Source: an uncultured Actinomycetota bacterium | GTDB taxonomy: Bacteria; Actinomycetota; Actinomycetes; Streptosporangiales; Streptosporangiaceae | Assembly (NCBI GenBank): GCA_963719765.1 | Contig: CAVRCW010000004.1 | Coordinates: 52,920 to 116,919, forward strand | DNA: 64,000 nucleotides | Direction: 5' to 3' | In this document: positions 39,283-49,394 of the stretch, piece by piece | Position numbering within the stretch: position 1 is the stretch's first letter | Layout: each line of letters begins with the position of its first letter | Notes under the pieces: model-generated | Database searches by the model: none | What the model saw: the letters and a program-made list of their open reading frames with translations, nothing else | Told to the model about the DNA's origin: nothing | Made by a program: the position numbers and the translations under genes

Positions 39283-40139
39283 CAACCGCGACCATCTCGT
39301 CCCGCTCATCCCGTGACCTCGTCGACGAGGCTGCAGCCTGCCGTACCTGGTGGGCCATCAAGGACACCTGGGTGCTGTGCAAGCGCAACGTCGCGCGCAT
39401 CCGGCGCGAGCCCGAGCAGTTGATGGACGTGACGATCCAGCCCGTCATCTTCGTGCTGCTCTTCACCTACATCTTCGGGTCGGCGATTCACCTGCCGGGC
39501 GGCGGAAGTTATCACCAGTACCTAATCAGCGGCATGTTCGGGATGACCATGGCTGGCAGCGCCCCAGGCACGGCTGTGGGCCTGTGCGCCGACATGACGA
39601 CCGGGTTGATCGACCGGTTCAGGTCCCTGCCCATCAACCGGGCCGCCGTACTGGCCGGGCGAACCTTGTCCGACCTGGTCACTCAGCTGCTCGGCGTTCT
39701 CGTGCTCGTGGCCACCGGGCTAGCCGTTGGCTGGCGGATGGAGAACGGGATAGCGCGCGGACTCGAGGCAGTCGGTCTGGCCATGCTCTTCGCTTTCGCG
39801 ATGACATGGCTTGGCGCCTGCGTCGGCATGGTCATGCGTAATACCGAGGCTGCGCAGGCCGCCGGATTCCTGTTCTTCCTGCCGCTGGCTCTCTGCTCGA
39901 ACACGTTCGTGCCGACCCAGGGCATGCCCGCCGTGCTGCGTAACTTCGCCAACTGGAATCCGATGAGCGCGATCTCCACCGTCTGCCGGGCCCTCTTTGG
40001 CGGCCCGAATCCGGCCGACACCGTCCAGGCCTGGCCCATCCAGCACCCCGGCCTTGCGGTGGTCTGCTGGTCGATCGGGCTGATCGCCATCTTCGCGCCG
40101 ACCGCAGTCGTTCTATACCGGCGCAAAGTCCTCCGCTAG
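39279..40139 (+). CDS. ABC-2 type transporter permease (DrrB-like)
   Basis: Six predicted TM segments, RNVARIRREPEQLMDVTIQPVIFVLLF. GTG overlaps the upstream stop (GTGA). Confidence 0.8.
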   Translation: MTTATISSRSSRDLVDEAAACRTWWAIKDTWVLCKRNVARIRREPEQLMDVTIQPVIFVLLFTYIFGSAIHLPGGGSYHQYLISGMFGMTMAGSAPGTAVGLCADMTTGLIDRFRSLPINRAAVLAGRTLSDLVTQLLGVLVLVATGLAVGWRMENGIARGLEAVGLAMLFAFAMTWLGACVGMVMRNTEAAQAAGFLFFLPLALCSNTFVPTQGMPAVLRNFANWNPMSAISTVCRALFGGPNPADTVQAWPIQHPGLAVVCWSIGLIAIFAPTAVVLYRRKVLR

Positions 40140-40264
40140 CCAGGCTTCAAGAGGCGATTCACAGCATCTCGCTCTGAAGTACTCAGGTGACGTGCAGCCA
40201 GGCCGGCTGAGCTAGTGCGCAGCCCGGATGACAGCCGCCAGGCGGGTGCGCAGGAGGGAGCCCG

Positions 40265-40687
40265 ATGTCCAGCATGACGATCTCCCAGACCGGACCGGTA
40301 ACTGTCCGGGTCCAGCGGGGCGGCCCGCTCAGGCTGATGCAACGGCGGGCTCAGCTGGAAGAGTGCTGGCGCGCCGCGCTCGAGCGAGTTACCGACCTGT
40401 CGCTGGCCTATCACGATGCCGCCCAACTCGCCAGGAACGGCGTGCCGGCTGGTCGCGGCGGCGCCGCCAGAAGGGCCAGGCAACTGGCCAGGCGCACCGT
40501 CGCCGAGCGGCAGGCCCTGGCCGAAATCGAGGCTGCCCTGGACCGGATAGCAACCGGCCAGTACGGCCGGTGCGAGCAGTGCCGCGAGCCGATCTCCGCA
40601 GCGCTGCTGGCCAGGCAGCCGCAGGCGCGATACTGCGCTGCCTGCGGCCGCCTGGCTCCCCGGGGCCGCGGCGCCGGAGGCCACTGA
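40265..40687 (+). CDS. TraR/DksA family C4 zinc-finger regulator
   Basis: ALDRIATGQYGRCEQCREPISAALLARQPQARYCAAC. RBS GGAGGGAG. Confidence 0.75.
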   Translation: MSSMTISQTGPVTVRVQRGGPLRLMQRRAQLEECWRAALERVTDLSLAYHDAAQLARNGVPAGRGGAARRARQLARRTVAERQALAEIEAALDRIATGQYGRCEQCREPISAALLARQPQARYCAACGRLAPRGRGAGGH

Positions 40688-40805
40688 CGGCAGCCTGATT
40701 TAATCTGAATTGGCAGCGTGCCTTATCATGCGCAAACTACTGTATAACGATATGGTAAATGTGATTTAACTCATACGGTTGTAATGTCAATTTCGGCACA
40801 CATGA

Positions 40806-40990
40806 CGCGCGAACCTACGGCAGAGTAACTTCCCGATAGCACCCTGCGTGCGTGACGATCGCCAGCGAGCGATCATCGGTCGCCCTGTCCCCGCGACGAA
40901 GTCCGCGCGCTGCCTCCCCGGCGAACCCCCCGGATAACGCAAAGGGTGAAGGCCGAGCGCGCGAGCGGGCGCGCCCGACAGAAGGTTCGT
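40806..40990 (+). ncRNA. candidate ydaO-yuaA type (cyclic-di-AMP) riboswitch
   Basis: Closing helix CGAACCT (40810-40816) / AGGTTCG (40983-40989), which overlaps the GAAGG RBS of the TTG start at 40992. Internal GGGTGAAGG and CCCGACAG resemble conserved ydaO blocks. It sits upstream of a secreted cell-wall hydrolase, the classic actinobacterial context. Confidence 0.5.
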
Positions 40991-40991
40991 C

Positions 40992-41585
40992 TTGTCCCTC
41001 TTCAGGACATCCAACCCCCGAAAGAAGATCACAATCGCGGTTTCGACCCTAGGGGTCGTGGCCGCAGCCGCCGGAACAATCAGCGTCTGGTCAGCAGGCG
41101 CAGCCGCGCAGCCGGCCGCGGTAGCGAGGCAGGCCAGTGCGGTCAGCCAGGCGGCGCCTCGAGCCGGGGTCCAGCCCGGCGCCCTGCACCTGGCTCCGGG
41201 CCGGCAGGCAGCAGAACTGGACGTTTTCACTGCGGTGAAGGCGGCCTCGGCCAGCAAGGCCACCAAGGCCAAGCATCACCGCAAGCTCACCCCGAGGCAG
41301 ATCGCGCGCCAGATGCTGCGCTCCTTCCATTGGAAGGGGTGGCAGTTCCGGTACCTAAACTTGCTCTGGTCGCGCGAGAGCAGCTGGAATGTCTACGCGG
41401 CCAACCCATATTCGGGCGCCTATGGCATCCCGCAGGCCGTTCCTGGCAGCAAGATGGCCAGCGCCGGCCCGGACTGGGAGAGCAACGCTCGCACCCAGAT
41501 CCGCTGGGGCATGCGCTATATCAAGGACCGGTACGGTTCGCCGCACCGTGCTTGGGAGCACGAACTGGCCACCGGCTGGTACTAG
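40992..41585 (+). CDS. secreted lytic-transglycosylase-like (SLT-type) cell-wall hydrolase
   Basis: Signal peptide (KKITIAVSTLGVVAAAAGTISVWSAGAAA). C-terminal WSRESSWNVYAANPYSGAYGIPQAVPGSKMASAGPDWESNARTQIRWGMRYIKDRYGSP. TTG start. Confidence 0.75.
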   Translation: MSLFRTSNPRKKITIAVSTLGVVAAAAGTISVWSAGAAAQPAAVARQASAVSQAAPRAGVQPGALHLAPGRQAAELDVFTAVKAASASKATKAKHHRKLTPRQIARQMLRSFHWKGWQFRYLNLLWSRESSWNVYAANPYSGAYGIPQAVPGSKMASAGPDWESNARTQIRWGMRYIKDRYGSPHRAWEHELATGWY

Positions 41586-41904
41586 CGGGGCAATCGGTGG
41601 CGGCGCGGTTTCTGGCCGGATTCCGCGTCGCCACCGCCGATATAAAGGTCCCGTTGCCCGGCACTGAGCTGCCTTCGCAGGGAACGGGCTGAGTCTGCCC
41701 TCGTCGCGGTCCGTCGGCACGCGCCGCGCGGCAGTCGCTGCGCCAGGTTGTCGCAAGGCTTTGCCGGTCGGTGCGCCCCGGTCGAGGCGGCGCGGGTGAG
41801 CACTGTCGGGAGCCCGCTATTCTGCGCGAGGGCGATTTGCGCCGGCGCACGCGGCGAAGTAAGCCTGAGGAGCGCGGTAACGATCGGCCCGAGAAGGAGA
41901 GAGC

Positions 41905-44277
41905 GTGGCGTACCAGACCCCGGCCGGTGACATCGTCACCATCATCGACGCACCGCCGACCCCGGTAGTCTCGCTCGGGCCAGGCCGCACCTTCGCTGCC
42001 CTGGTGCACTACGAATCGCATCCGCCCGTGGAGTTGCTGGCACGACCGTTCCTGTCGCTGGCGGGAATCCGGGTTGACCCGTCCATCGCGGGCCGTCAGC
42101 GGACCCGCAGGCTGACCGGAATATCCGTACTGTCGGTAGCGGACGGCGAGATCCGGCCGATCGAGCTGCCGGCCGGAAAGTCGGTCAGCGTGCCCGTCTG
42201 GGCGCCGGACGGTCGGCGGTTCGCGTTCACGGTCGACGAGCACGACGGGATCGCGGTCTGGGTCGGCCAGGCGGCGACGGCCAGCGCCGCCGAAGTGCCC
42301 GGGCTGCGGGTCAGGGATGTGCTCGGCGGCGATCCGACCTCGGCGGGTTCGACGGTTCGGTGGTCGAGGGACGGCGCGACACTTCTCGCCCTTGGCGCGC
42401 CGGACGGTCCGCCGCAGCTCGCCGCCGAGCTGATCGAGCCGCACGTGGAGGAGTCGGCGGGCAAGCACTCGCAGATGGCCACCTTCCAGGACTTGCTGAA
42501 GACCGACGCGGACGCCGCTACCTTCGAGGCCCTGGCCACCACGGTGCCGCTGCGGGTGGATCCGGTCACCGGCGCCATCACCAGGCTCGGCCCGGCTGGC
42601 CTGTACTACCACGTCAGCGACTCACCCGATGGCCAGCACCTGCTGGTATACCGGCTGCGGCGGCCGTTCTCGTTCCGGGTGCCCTACCCCTACTTCGCCA
42701 GGTCGGTGGAGGTGTGGTCGGCCACCGGCGATCTAGAGCGAGTCATCTGCGAACTGCCTGTCAGCGATGAGGTACCGCGCCAGGGCGTGCCGACCGGCCC
42801 GCGGATGGTGTCCTGGGAAGAAGCGGTGCCGGCCAGCCTGGTGTGGGCCGAGGCTCTGGATGGCGGCGACCCGCGAACCGATGCCGAGCATCGTGACCAG
42901 CTGCTACGACTGGCGGCGCCGTTCGACACCGAGCCGCAGACCACGGGCCGAGTGCAGCATCGATGCCTGGGCTGGTATGACATGGCGGCGCCTGGGCAGC
43001 TGCTGATGACCGAGCATGACCGGGACCGCAGGTGGCTGACTACGCGGCTGATCGACCTGACCTCGCCGGAACCAGGCCGGGTCATCTTCGACCACTCAGC
43101 CGACGAGGCCTACCTAGACCCCGGATCGCCGCTGGTGACTGTAGCGCCCGATGGCACCAGAACGGTGCTGCAGGATGGCGACTACATCTACCTGCGCGGC
43201 GATGGTGCCAGCCCGGAGGGCGAACGGCCGTTCCTAGACCGGCTTGACCTGTCGGACCTGGGCACCGAGCGACTGTTCCGGTCGCCCGCTGATGCCTACG
43301 ACCAGGTGCTCGGCTTCCTCGCCGACGACAGGGACAGCGTGCTGATCTGGCACGAGAGCAGGACAGGTCCCCCGAACCTGGCCGTCGCCAGCCTGGGCAG
43401 CGGCGACAGGCGGCAGCTCACCGCCTGGCCGGATCCGCATCCGCAGCTCACCGGCATGGAGAAGCGGCTGCTGAGCTACGACCGCGGCGACGGTGTGCAG
43501 CTCACCGGGATGCTACATCTGCCGCCCGGCTACGACCCAGAGCGGGACGGCCGGCTGCCGCTGGTCATCTGGGCGTACCCGCTGGACTACGGCGACGCCG
43601 CGATGGCCGGGCAGGTCCGCGGCACGACCGAGCGGTTCACCCGGCTGAACGCCTCAGAGCCTGTCTGGTTCGTGCTGCGCGGTTTCGCGGTCCTGCAGAA
43701 CGCCACCATGCCGGTGATCGGCGACCCGGAGACCATGAACGACAGCTACATCGAGCAGATCACGTCTGCGGCGACGGCTCACATCGAGGCGCTCGTCGAG
43801 ATGGGCGTTGCCGATCCGACCAGGGTGGCAGTCGGCGGGCACAGCTATGGCGCGTTCATGACGGCTAACCTGCTGGCCCACACCGACCTGTTCGCGGCGG
43901 GCATCGCCAGAAGCGGCGCCTACAACCGGAGCCTCACGCCGTTCGGGTTCCAGACCGAGCGCCGTAATTTCTGGGAGGCAACCGGCGTCTACGATCGGGT
44001 CTCGCCGTTCCGGTATGCCGACAAGATAAGCGCACCATTGCTGCTCATCCACGGCGCGCGGGACGCCAACTCCGGCACGTTCCCGATTCAGTCCGAGCGC
44101 CTCTACCAGGCGATACAGGGCACGGGCGGGACAGCGCGGCTGGTCGTGCTGCCGCACGAGAGCCACGGCTACCTGGCTCGCGAGTCGGTCCTGCACATGC
44201 TGTCGGAGCAACTGGACTGGCTGGAGCGCTGGCTGTGCGACGGCACTGGCGGGAAGCAGCCTGACACCGCCAGCTAG
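41905..44277 (+). CDS. S9 family (prolyl oligopeptidase/dipeptidyl peptidase-type) serine peptidase
   Basis: N-terminal beta-propeller region plus C-terminal hydrolase with GGHSYGAFM (nucleophile), LLLIHGARDAN and HESHGY. RBS AAGGAGAGAG before the GTG. Confidence 0.85.
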   Translation: MAYQTPAGDIVTIIDAPPTPVVSLGPGRTFAALVHYESHPPVELLARPFLSLAGIRVDPSIAGRQRTRRLTGISVLSVADGEIRPIELPAGKSVSVPVWAPDGRRFAFTVDEHDGIAVWVGQAATASAAEVPGLRVRDVLGGDPTSAGSTVRWSRDGATLLALGAPDGPPQLAAELIEPHVEESAGKHSQMATFQDLLKTDADAATFEALATTVPLRVDPVTGAITRLGPAGLYYHVSDSPDGQHLLVYRLRRPFSFRVPYPYFARSVEVWSATGDLERVICELPVSDEVPRQGVPTGPRMVSWEEAVPASLVWAEALDGGDPRTDAEHRDQLLRLAAPFDTEPQTTGRVQHRCLGWYDMAAPGQLLMTEHDRDRRWLTTRLIDLTSPEPGRVIFDHSADEAYLDPGSPLVTVAPDGTRTVLQDGDYIYLRGDGASPEGERPFLDRLDLSDLGTERLFRSPADAYDQVLGFLADDRDSVLIWHESRTGPPNLAVASLGSGDRRQLTAWPDPHPQLTGMEKRLLSYDRGDGVQLTGMLHLPPGYDPERDGRLPLVIWAYPLDYGDAAMAGQVRGTTERFTRLNASEPVWFVLRGFAVLQNATMPVIGDPETMNDSYIEQITSAATAHIEALVEMGVADPTRVAVGGHSYGAFMTANLLAHTDLFAAGIARSGAYNRSLTPFGFQTERRNFWEATGVYDRVSPFRYADKISAPLLLIHGARDANSGTFPIQSERLYQAIQGTGGTARLVVLPHESHGYLARESVLHMLSEQLDWLERWLCDGTGGKQPDTAS

Positions 44278-44436
44278 CCGACGGTGCGTGACGGGGCCAT
44301 CCTCCCTTGTGATGGGTTTCCGGCGGAGTACATTCTCGAGGGTCGGCCACGGGCGGCAGCCAGCCGCTGGCTGTACCCGCGCGCGGGAGCATTTGCGGCT
44401 CAGGGAACTGCGGATCGAGCTCTACCGGACAGGAGC

Positions 44437-45096
44437 ATGAACGTGGACTTCACCCGGCTGAAGGAATCCGACCAATACCGGCGTCAGCGCGAGGAGCTGC
44501 GGGTTGCCGAGTTGGAGCTGACCGATCATGTCGAGCGGGTCGCCGCGCTGCGGCGAAGGCTGCCCGCTGACACTGTCGTCAACGACTATGAGTTGGTCGA
44601 CATTGCGAGCGGTAGCCGAGTACGGCTTTCTGACCTATTCAGCGCTCCGGATCGGGTGCTGGTCCTCTATCACTTCATGTACGGCAAGGCCCAGACCGAG
44701 CCGTGCCCGCTCTGCACGATGTGGATCGACGGGTACAACGCGGCCGCGCCCCACCTCACGCAAAACGTCGACTTCGCCGTGGTCGCCGCCGCCGAGCCCG
44801 CTGCCCTCACCGCACATGCGGCATCCAGGGGCTGGAGCAATCTGCGGCTGCTCAGTGCGGGCGATTCGACGTTCAAGTACGACCTCGGCAGCGAGGAGGC
44901 CGACGGCACTCAGACCGAGTGGATCTCGGTGTTCAGCCGTGCGGGCGACGGCACCGTGCGTCACGTCTACTCCAAGGGCGCCCAGATGGCCGATGACCGA
45001 CGCGAGCGCGGTATCGACCTACTCAGCCCGGTGTGGCAGCTCCTTGATCTCACGCCGTCAGGCCGGGGCGACTGGTATCCCTCGCTGAACTACTAG
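44437..45096 (+). CDS. DUF899 (thioredoxin-like) family protein
   Basis: YRRQREELRVAELELTDHVERVAALRRRLP, CPLCTMWIDGYN, GDWYPSLNY. ATG preceded by AGGAGC. Confidence 0.8.
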   Translation: MNVDFTRLKESDQYRRQREELRVAELELTDHVERVAALRRRLPADTVVNDYELVDIASGSRVRLSDLFSAPDRVLVLYHFMYGKAQTEPCPLCTMWIDGYNAAAPHLTQNVDFAVVAAAEPAALTAHAASRGWSNLRLLSAGDSTFKYDLGSEEADGTQTEWISVFSRAGDGTVRHVYSKGAQMADDRRERGIDLLSPVWQLLDLTPSGRGDWYPSLNY

Positions 45097-45214
45097 TGCC
45101 TCGTAAGTCTCGCCGCGCAGAATCGGTCGCCACTTGCGGGCGCGCGATCGCGCAGGGACACGGAGGCGGCCCGACGACTGCCGCCCCCGTGTCCGCCACC
45201 GCGACGGCCGCGAG

Positions 45215-46345
45215 TTAGTGCAGCAGCCGCAGCGTGTTGGTTGCGTCGTCTACGTAGTAGACGCCGCTGCCTCCGGGCCGCACGGCCAGTCCGAACAGCG
45301 CCCCGGCACCTGCCGGGCTGCCCGAGGTGTCCAGGAACTTGGCGGCAACCTGGACGCCAGCCGGCGTGGTCTCGGCGATTCTGCCGTCGCCGCCGTTCAC
45401 TGTGAGGATGTCGCCGTTTGGTGCTATCGCCAGCCCGAGCGGCATGTTTAGGTAGCCGCCAGCGGTGAGCGGCAGGCCGGTGCCTGCGCTGCCTGGCCGC
45501 ACTAGCGCGTGCGGGATGGCAGTGATCACGCTAGTGCCGGTCACAGCCACATACAGCGTGTCGTAGCGGCCCAGCCCGAGGCCGGTCGGGCCCAATATGA
45601 AGGCCGAGGCGTTGGTCTGCTCGGGGAAGCCGGAGCCGATCTTGGTCGTGGAGATCCACCTCGGCGCGTGATGCCTGCTCAGCAGGAGCGTCAGCCGCAG
45701 CACGGTGCCGCGGTGCACGACCTTGCCGCCGGCGGCCACGGTGCCATTGAGGACGTTGTCCACGAACAGGTCAGCGATCCTCCCGCGCTGGGCAAGCGCC
45801 GAGTCCCACGGGCCGTTGATGCCATGACCGCTGAAGGTTTCGACGACCTTGCCGTTCTTGTTCAGCACGATCAGGCATCCGGCCTTGGCCGTGGCGGCCA
45901 TGCCGTTTGTCGACGGCGTGCTGCCGACCACGACCCAGCCGCCGCGCAGCACCTCGAGCGCGGTGGTCAGGCCAACGCCACCTGGGCATTTACCTGGCAG
46001 CTTGCTGGCCTTGATCTGGGCGAAGAGCGTTCGGTGACCGCCAGGGCTTATCTGCACGATCGTCGTGCCCGTGCCCTGCAAGTTGGACGTGTTGTTGAAA
46101 TTACTGACGAGCACGTCGCCCTTGCGCAGTCGGCCGTTGTTCTGCCGGACCACGAAGATCCCGTAGGGGTTGACGTCGCCGTTGTGCGGCACCGTGGAAG
46201 CGATGGTGCGCAGGTGATGAAAATGGGTGATGAATGGATGCGGGGTGGCTGGCAGTGCCTGCGCACCAGGCGCCGCCATGAACCCAGCGGTGGCAATGGC
46301 CCCAGCTGCTGCTACCGCAGCGACCATGCGGTGACGGACCGACAT
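45215..46345 (-). CDS. secreted hypothetical protein, beta-propeller-like (NHL-type repeats)
   Basis: Signal peptide (AAVAAAGAIATAGFMAAPGAQA). Repeated G-x-hydrophobic strands (PLGLAIAPNGDILTVNGGDG). Confidence 0.45.
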   Translation of the reverse strand: MSVRHRMVAAVAAAGAIATAGFMAAPGAQALPATPHPFITHFHHLRTIASTVPHNGDVNPYGIFVVRQNNGRLRKGDVLVSNFNNTSNLQGTGTTIVQISPGGHRTLFAQIKASKLPGKCPGGVGLTTALEVLRGGWVVVGSTPSTNGMAATAKAGCLIVLNKNGKVVETFSGHGINGPWDSALAQRGRIADLFVDNVLNGTVAAGGKVVHRGTVLRLTLLLSRHHAPRWISTTKIGSGFPEQTNASAFILGPTGLGLGRYDTLYVAVTGTSVITAIPHALVRPGSAGTGLPLTAGGYLNMPLGLAIAPNGDILTVNGGDGRIAETTPAGVQVAAKFLDTSGSPAGAGALFGLAVRPGGSGVYYVDDATNTLRLLH

Positions 46346-46500
46346 GCGATGCTCCCTTCGGAGGCTGGCCGGCGTGTGTAGCCCGGCTGCCCAGCCAGCT
46401 GCACGTGCCGGGCGGCGTGGCTAGGCGCCTACGTCGCTCCCCGAGAAACGAGTCACCGGCCTGACTGGTTCAGCCCGGCCGGTGTTTTCCTCAATATCAG

Positions 46501-47004
46501 CTAGCGGAGGTACTGCTGAGCCGCCGTGGGGTAGTCATGGATCTCTTCCTTGGCGAACCAGACCCCGATCTCATGCTCGGCCTCGAGCGCGTTCCCCGAC
46601 GCATGCACGAGGTTTGCCACCGCGATGCCATGCTCGTTGGCGTACGCCCTGCTCATGTGCGCGAAGTCACCCCTGATGGTTCCTGGCGGGGCCTGGTCGG
46701 GATACGTCGGGCCGACGAGCTTGCGGGTGCAGGCGACGGCCTCGACACCCTCGAGCACCAGCGCGATGACGGGGCCGGTCTGCATGAAGTCGGCCATGAG
46801 GTTGTAGACGGTGGTCCCGAAGCGCTCCTCCAGGTCGAAGTAGTGCCTGCGGGTCAGGTCCGAATCCATCCACACCATCTTGGCGGCCACGACCTTAAGC
46901 AGGGCATCCTCGAAGCGCGCAACTATCCGGCCGGCAAGTCCCCTGGCCATGGCGTCGGGCTTGAGCAGCACCAGGGTCCGCTCGACTCCGGTGTCGTTAC
47001 TCAT
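46501..47004 (-). CDS. nucleoside-diphosphate kinase family protein (divergent, with an insertion)
   Basis: ERTLVLLKPDAMARGLAGRIVARFE, GPVIALVLEG, GTIRGDF, NLVHAS (catalytic His region). RBS GAGAGGAA. Confidence 0.7.
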   Translation of the reverse strand: MSNDTGVERTLVLLKPDAMARGLAGRIVARFEDALLKVVAAKMVWMDSDLTRRHYFDLEERFGTTVYNLMADFMQTGPVIALVLEGVEAVACTRKLVGPTYPDQAPPGTIRGDFAHMSRAYANEHGIAVANLVHASGNALEAEHEIGVWFAKEEIHDYPTAAQQYLR

Positions 47005-47354
47005 AACGTTCCTCTCAGTGCGCGATCTTGGCTTCCGCTGGAGCGGGCCGCGCACAGCTTAGCGACGGCGGACACCCGCTTGGGCCGTCGCCTCGGGTTC
47101 CCCTTGCCGCCCAAGGGCATCCGCCGGACTTCGGTACCCGCGGCGAGCCAGTGGATACGCGGCCTATCTGGCAGCTTATGGCTGCCGCGAAGCCCAGCTC
47201 GGTACGACGAACACCACATCGGCGCTGCTACTGGTCCCTATTCTCGCTAGTCTCCTAAGTGCCGGGTATCCCGGCCCCGAATAACAGATCCAGGGATCCG
47301 CCTCCGGGCCGCGCGGCGGGGCGCGCATCCGGGTCCCGGTTAGGCAGTGGTGCT

Positions 47355-47915
47355 GTGCATGACACTTGGGCGGCGAGGGACCTGCCCGTGCTGGATGCGA
47401 CCGTGAGCCTGCTCGAGGAGAGCTATATGGTCACGGTCACCGACATTGCGGCTAGGACCAGTCTGGACGAGGCAGAGGTGGCGCGGGCCCTTGAGGCACT
47501 CGACCCGGTCTACGTCGACTTCCGGAAGACGACCACGGGCGGGGACCCGACATTCTGGTACGTGCTGAAGGTGACCCCGGCGGCCAGGCAGGTCGTTGGG
47601 CAATGGCCGACGGCGGATTCGCTCATCAGCCAGCTCGCGGCCCAGCTTGCCGCGGCTGGCCAGGCGGAGCAGGACGCGGAGAGAAAGGGCCTGCTGGTCT
47701 ACGCGGCCAGGCTGATCGGCGACACGTTGCGCGACGTCAGCGTCCGGGCGGCCGATGTGGTTCTGGCCCCGGCCGTCAGCGCGACGCGTCCACCAGAGCA
47801 GGGATTAGGGGAGTCGGTGGCTTCGGCTGCGCCGCATGAGACGCATGCCGATCCTGCCGCGCCGCCGCCGTCACCGGCGGAGCCGCCGGTCACGGCGGCC
47901 GATACCCAGGCCTAA
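47355..47915 (+). CDS. hypothetical protein, N-terminal winged-helix-like segment
   Basis: GTG start. VTVTDIAARTSLDEAEVARALEALDPVYV. Disordered Pro/Ala tail. Confidence 0.4.
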   Translation: MHDTWAARDLPVLDATVSLLEESYMVTVTDIAARTSLDEAEVARALEALDPVYVDFRKTTTGGDPTFWYVLKVTPAARQVVGQWPTADSLISQLAAQLAAAGQAEQDAERKGLLVYAARLIGDTLRDVSVRAADVVLAPAVSATRPPEQGLGESVASAAPHETHADPAAPPPSPAEPPVTAADTQA

Positions 47916-47951
47916 GCCGGTCAGCTCGGCGGCTGCCGCCACCGGTCGGCG

Positions 47952-49076
47952 TCATTTCGGGGGTCGGCCCTCTGGCGGCCTGATCGGCGGTATGGGCGGA
48001 CAGTCCTTGTGCCGCCGGGGGCCGGACCATAGCGCGGGCACCACATCCAGCTCCCGCGCGAGCGCGTAGGCCGCCTGTTCGTAGTTGGCTCGCCAGCCGA
48101 CGAAGTCCGGCCAGGCGTCTTCCGCCTTCCGCTCGATCGGGAACTTGACCTTCTCCATCCTGGCGATCGCATCCAGGAAATCCTCGTAAGTGAGCGAGAT
48201 CCCCCGGTCGACGTCGGGCTCTAGCGGGATGTCGTATCCCATCGCCCTGGCAATGTCGTTGAAGCACAAGAATCCGGAACGCAGGCAGAACCTGGCCGGC
48301 ACCGTAGGAGCGGCAGCCGGGCAGAGCGCGAGGAACATCGCAGCGGAGTCGAGCACCGCGAGCAGCCCGGTGACCCAGGACGACAGCGGCCGCGGCGACC
48401 GGAACCTGACCAGCGGCAGGTATGTGGTGTGACTTTCGGCCACGTCCGCCGCCCATCGCTCCCAGCTCTCATATAGGTCAGGCAGCGTACCGACGCTGGA
48501 CACCCCCGAGCCAAGCGCGTAGTGCGTACGGGCGAGCAGTTCCGGTCCCCAGCTCGGCACGCCCGCGCGCGCATTCAGCAGGGCCACGTCGGTCTCGCGC
48601 CGGTTGAACGCCGAGTAGAGCGTCGGCAGGTAGGCGATCTGGAGGGTGACCGTGATGATGCCGGTGATCGATGCGATGTCCAGGACCGTCCGCTCCGCCG
48701 CTCCTCGCGCCGAGGTCGACCCTATCTCCCACAGTGCCGGGCCGGCTGTCCGGAAGGCGGTGGTGATGCCGCCGTGCACGAGCGGCCAGAAGATCAGCGA
48801 GAACCCAACGAAGAACAGGCCCAGCCAGACGGCCAGCTGGCAAAGCAGCAGCGTAGCCGCGTGTGTGGCGAGCACCCGGTCGCGTCGCTTGAAGTCCCTG
48901 ATGGGCTTGGTCGTCAGCACGTAGGCGGCGTTGACGAGCACATCGATTCGCCGGGTCAGCCAGCTCGCCACCGACCTCGGCACTATCAGCGTGCCGATGA
49001 CGCTGATGGCCGAGGTGGTGACGAGCAGCACGCCGCCGGCGGCGGCAATGTCCCTGACGATCTGCGGCACGACCAT
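47952..49076 (-). CDS. hypothetical integral membrane protein with a cytoplasmic C-terminal domain
   Basis: The ATG at 49076 is preceded by GAGGAGAG. About 4-5 TM helices, then a soluble domain (YEDFLDAIARMEKVKFPIERKAEDAWPDFVGWRANYEQAAY). Confidence 0.5.
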   Translation of the reverse strand: MVVPQIVRDIAAAGGVLLVTTSAISVIGTLIVPRSVASWLTRRIDVLVNAAYVLTTKPIRDFKRRDRVLATHAATLLLCQLAVWLGLFFVGFSLIFWPLVHGGITTAFRTAGPALWEIGSTSARGAAERTVLDIASITGIITVTLQIAYLPTLYSAFNRRETDVALLNARAGVPSWGPELLARTHYALGSGVSSVGTLPDLYESWERWAADVAESHTTYLPLVRFRSPRPLSSWVTGLLAVLDSAAMFLALCPAAAPTVPARFCLRSGFLCFNDIARAMGYDIPLEPDVDRGISLTYEDFLDAIARMEKVKFPIERKAEDAWPDFVGWRANYEQAAYALARELDVVPALWSGPRRHKDCPPIPPIRPPEGRPPK

Positions 49077-49394
49077 TGGCTCTCCTCGAACGCCGTTGAC
49101 CACGCACGGCGCTGGGGCAGGTTAGCGCAGCACCAGGTGGCGCAGCCATCTAATCGCCTGCCTCGGCTGTCCCGCCCTCCGGCTCGCCGGCGCCCCGGCC
49201 CGCCGGCTGCCCCGCCCACGACGCAATGTCTTCGTAAGGTTATTGCCAGGAAAGGCCGAGATCTCATCACGCGCACTTGCGTGTGCGGTAACGCCGTGCA
49301 ATTCTCGATATGCACTCGCGATTTGCCGGTATAGGGCGCGCAAAAGCACTGGTGCAGAAGTAGCCCGCACCAGCTGCCGATAGGGATCGCGCAG

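Noticed and set aside
44275-44437. The S9 peptidase stop is TAG, and the DUF899 gene downstream is in the same frame with no intervening stop. UAG readthrough would therefore fuse the two proteins.
   Set aside because: The chance of a shared frame is 1 in 3, and a 53-codon open stretch is common at this GC content. DUF899 also has its own AGGAG RBS and ATG at 44437. This is worth revisiting only if the CUA tRNA proves active.
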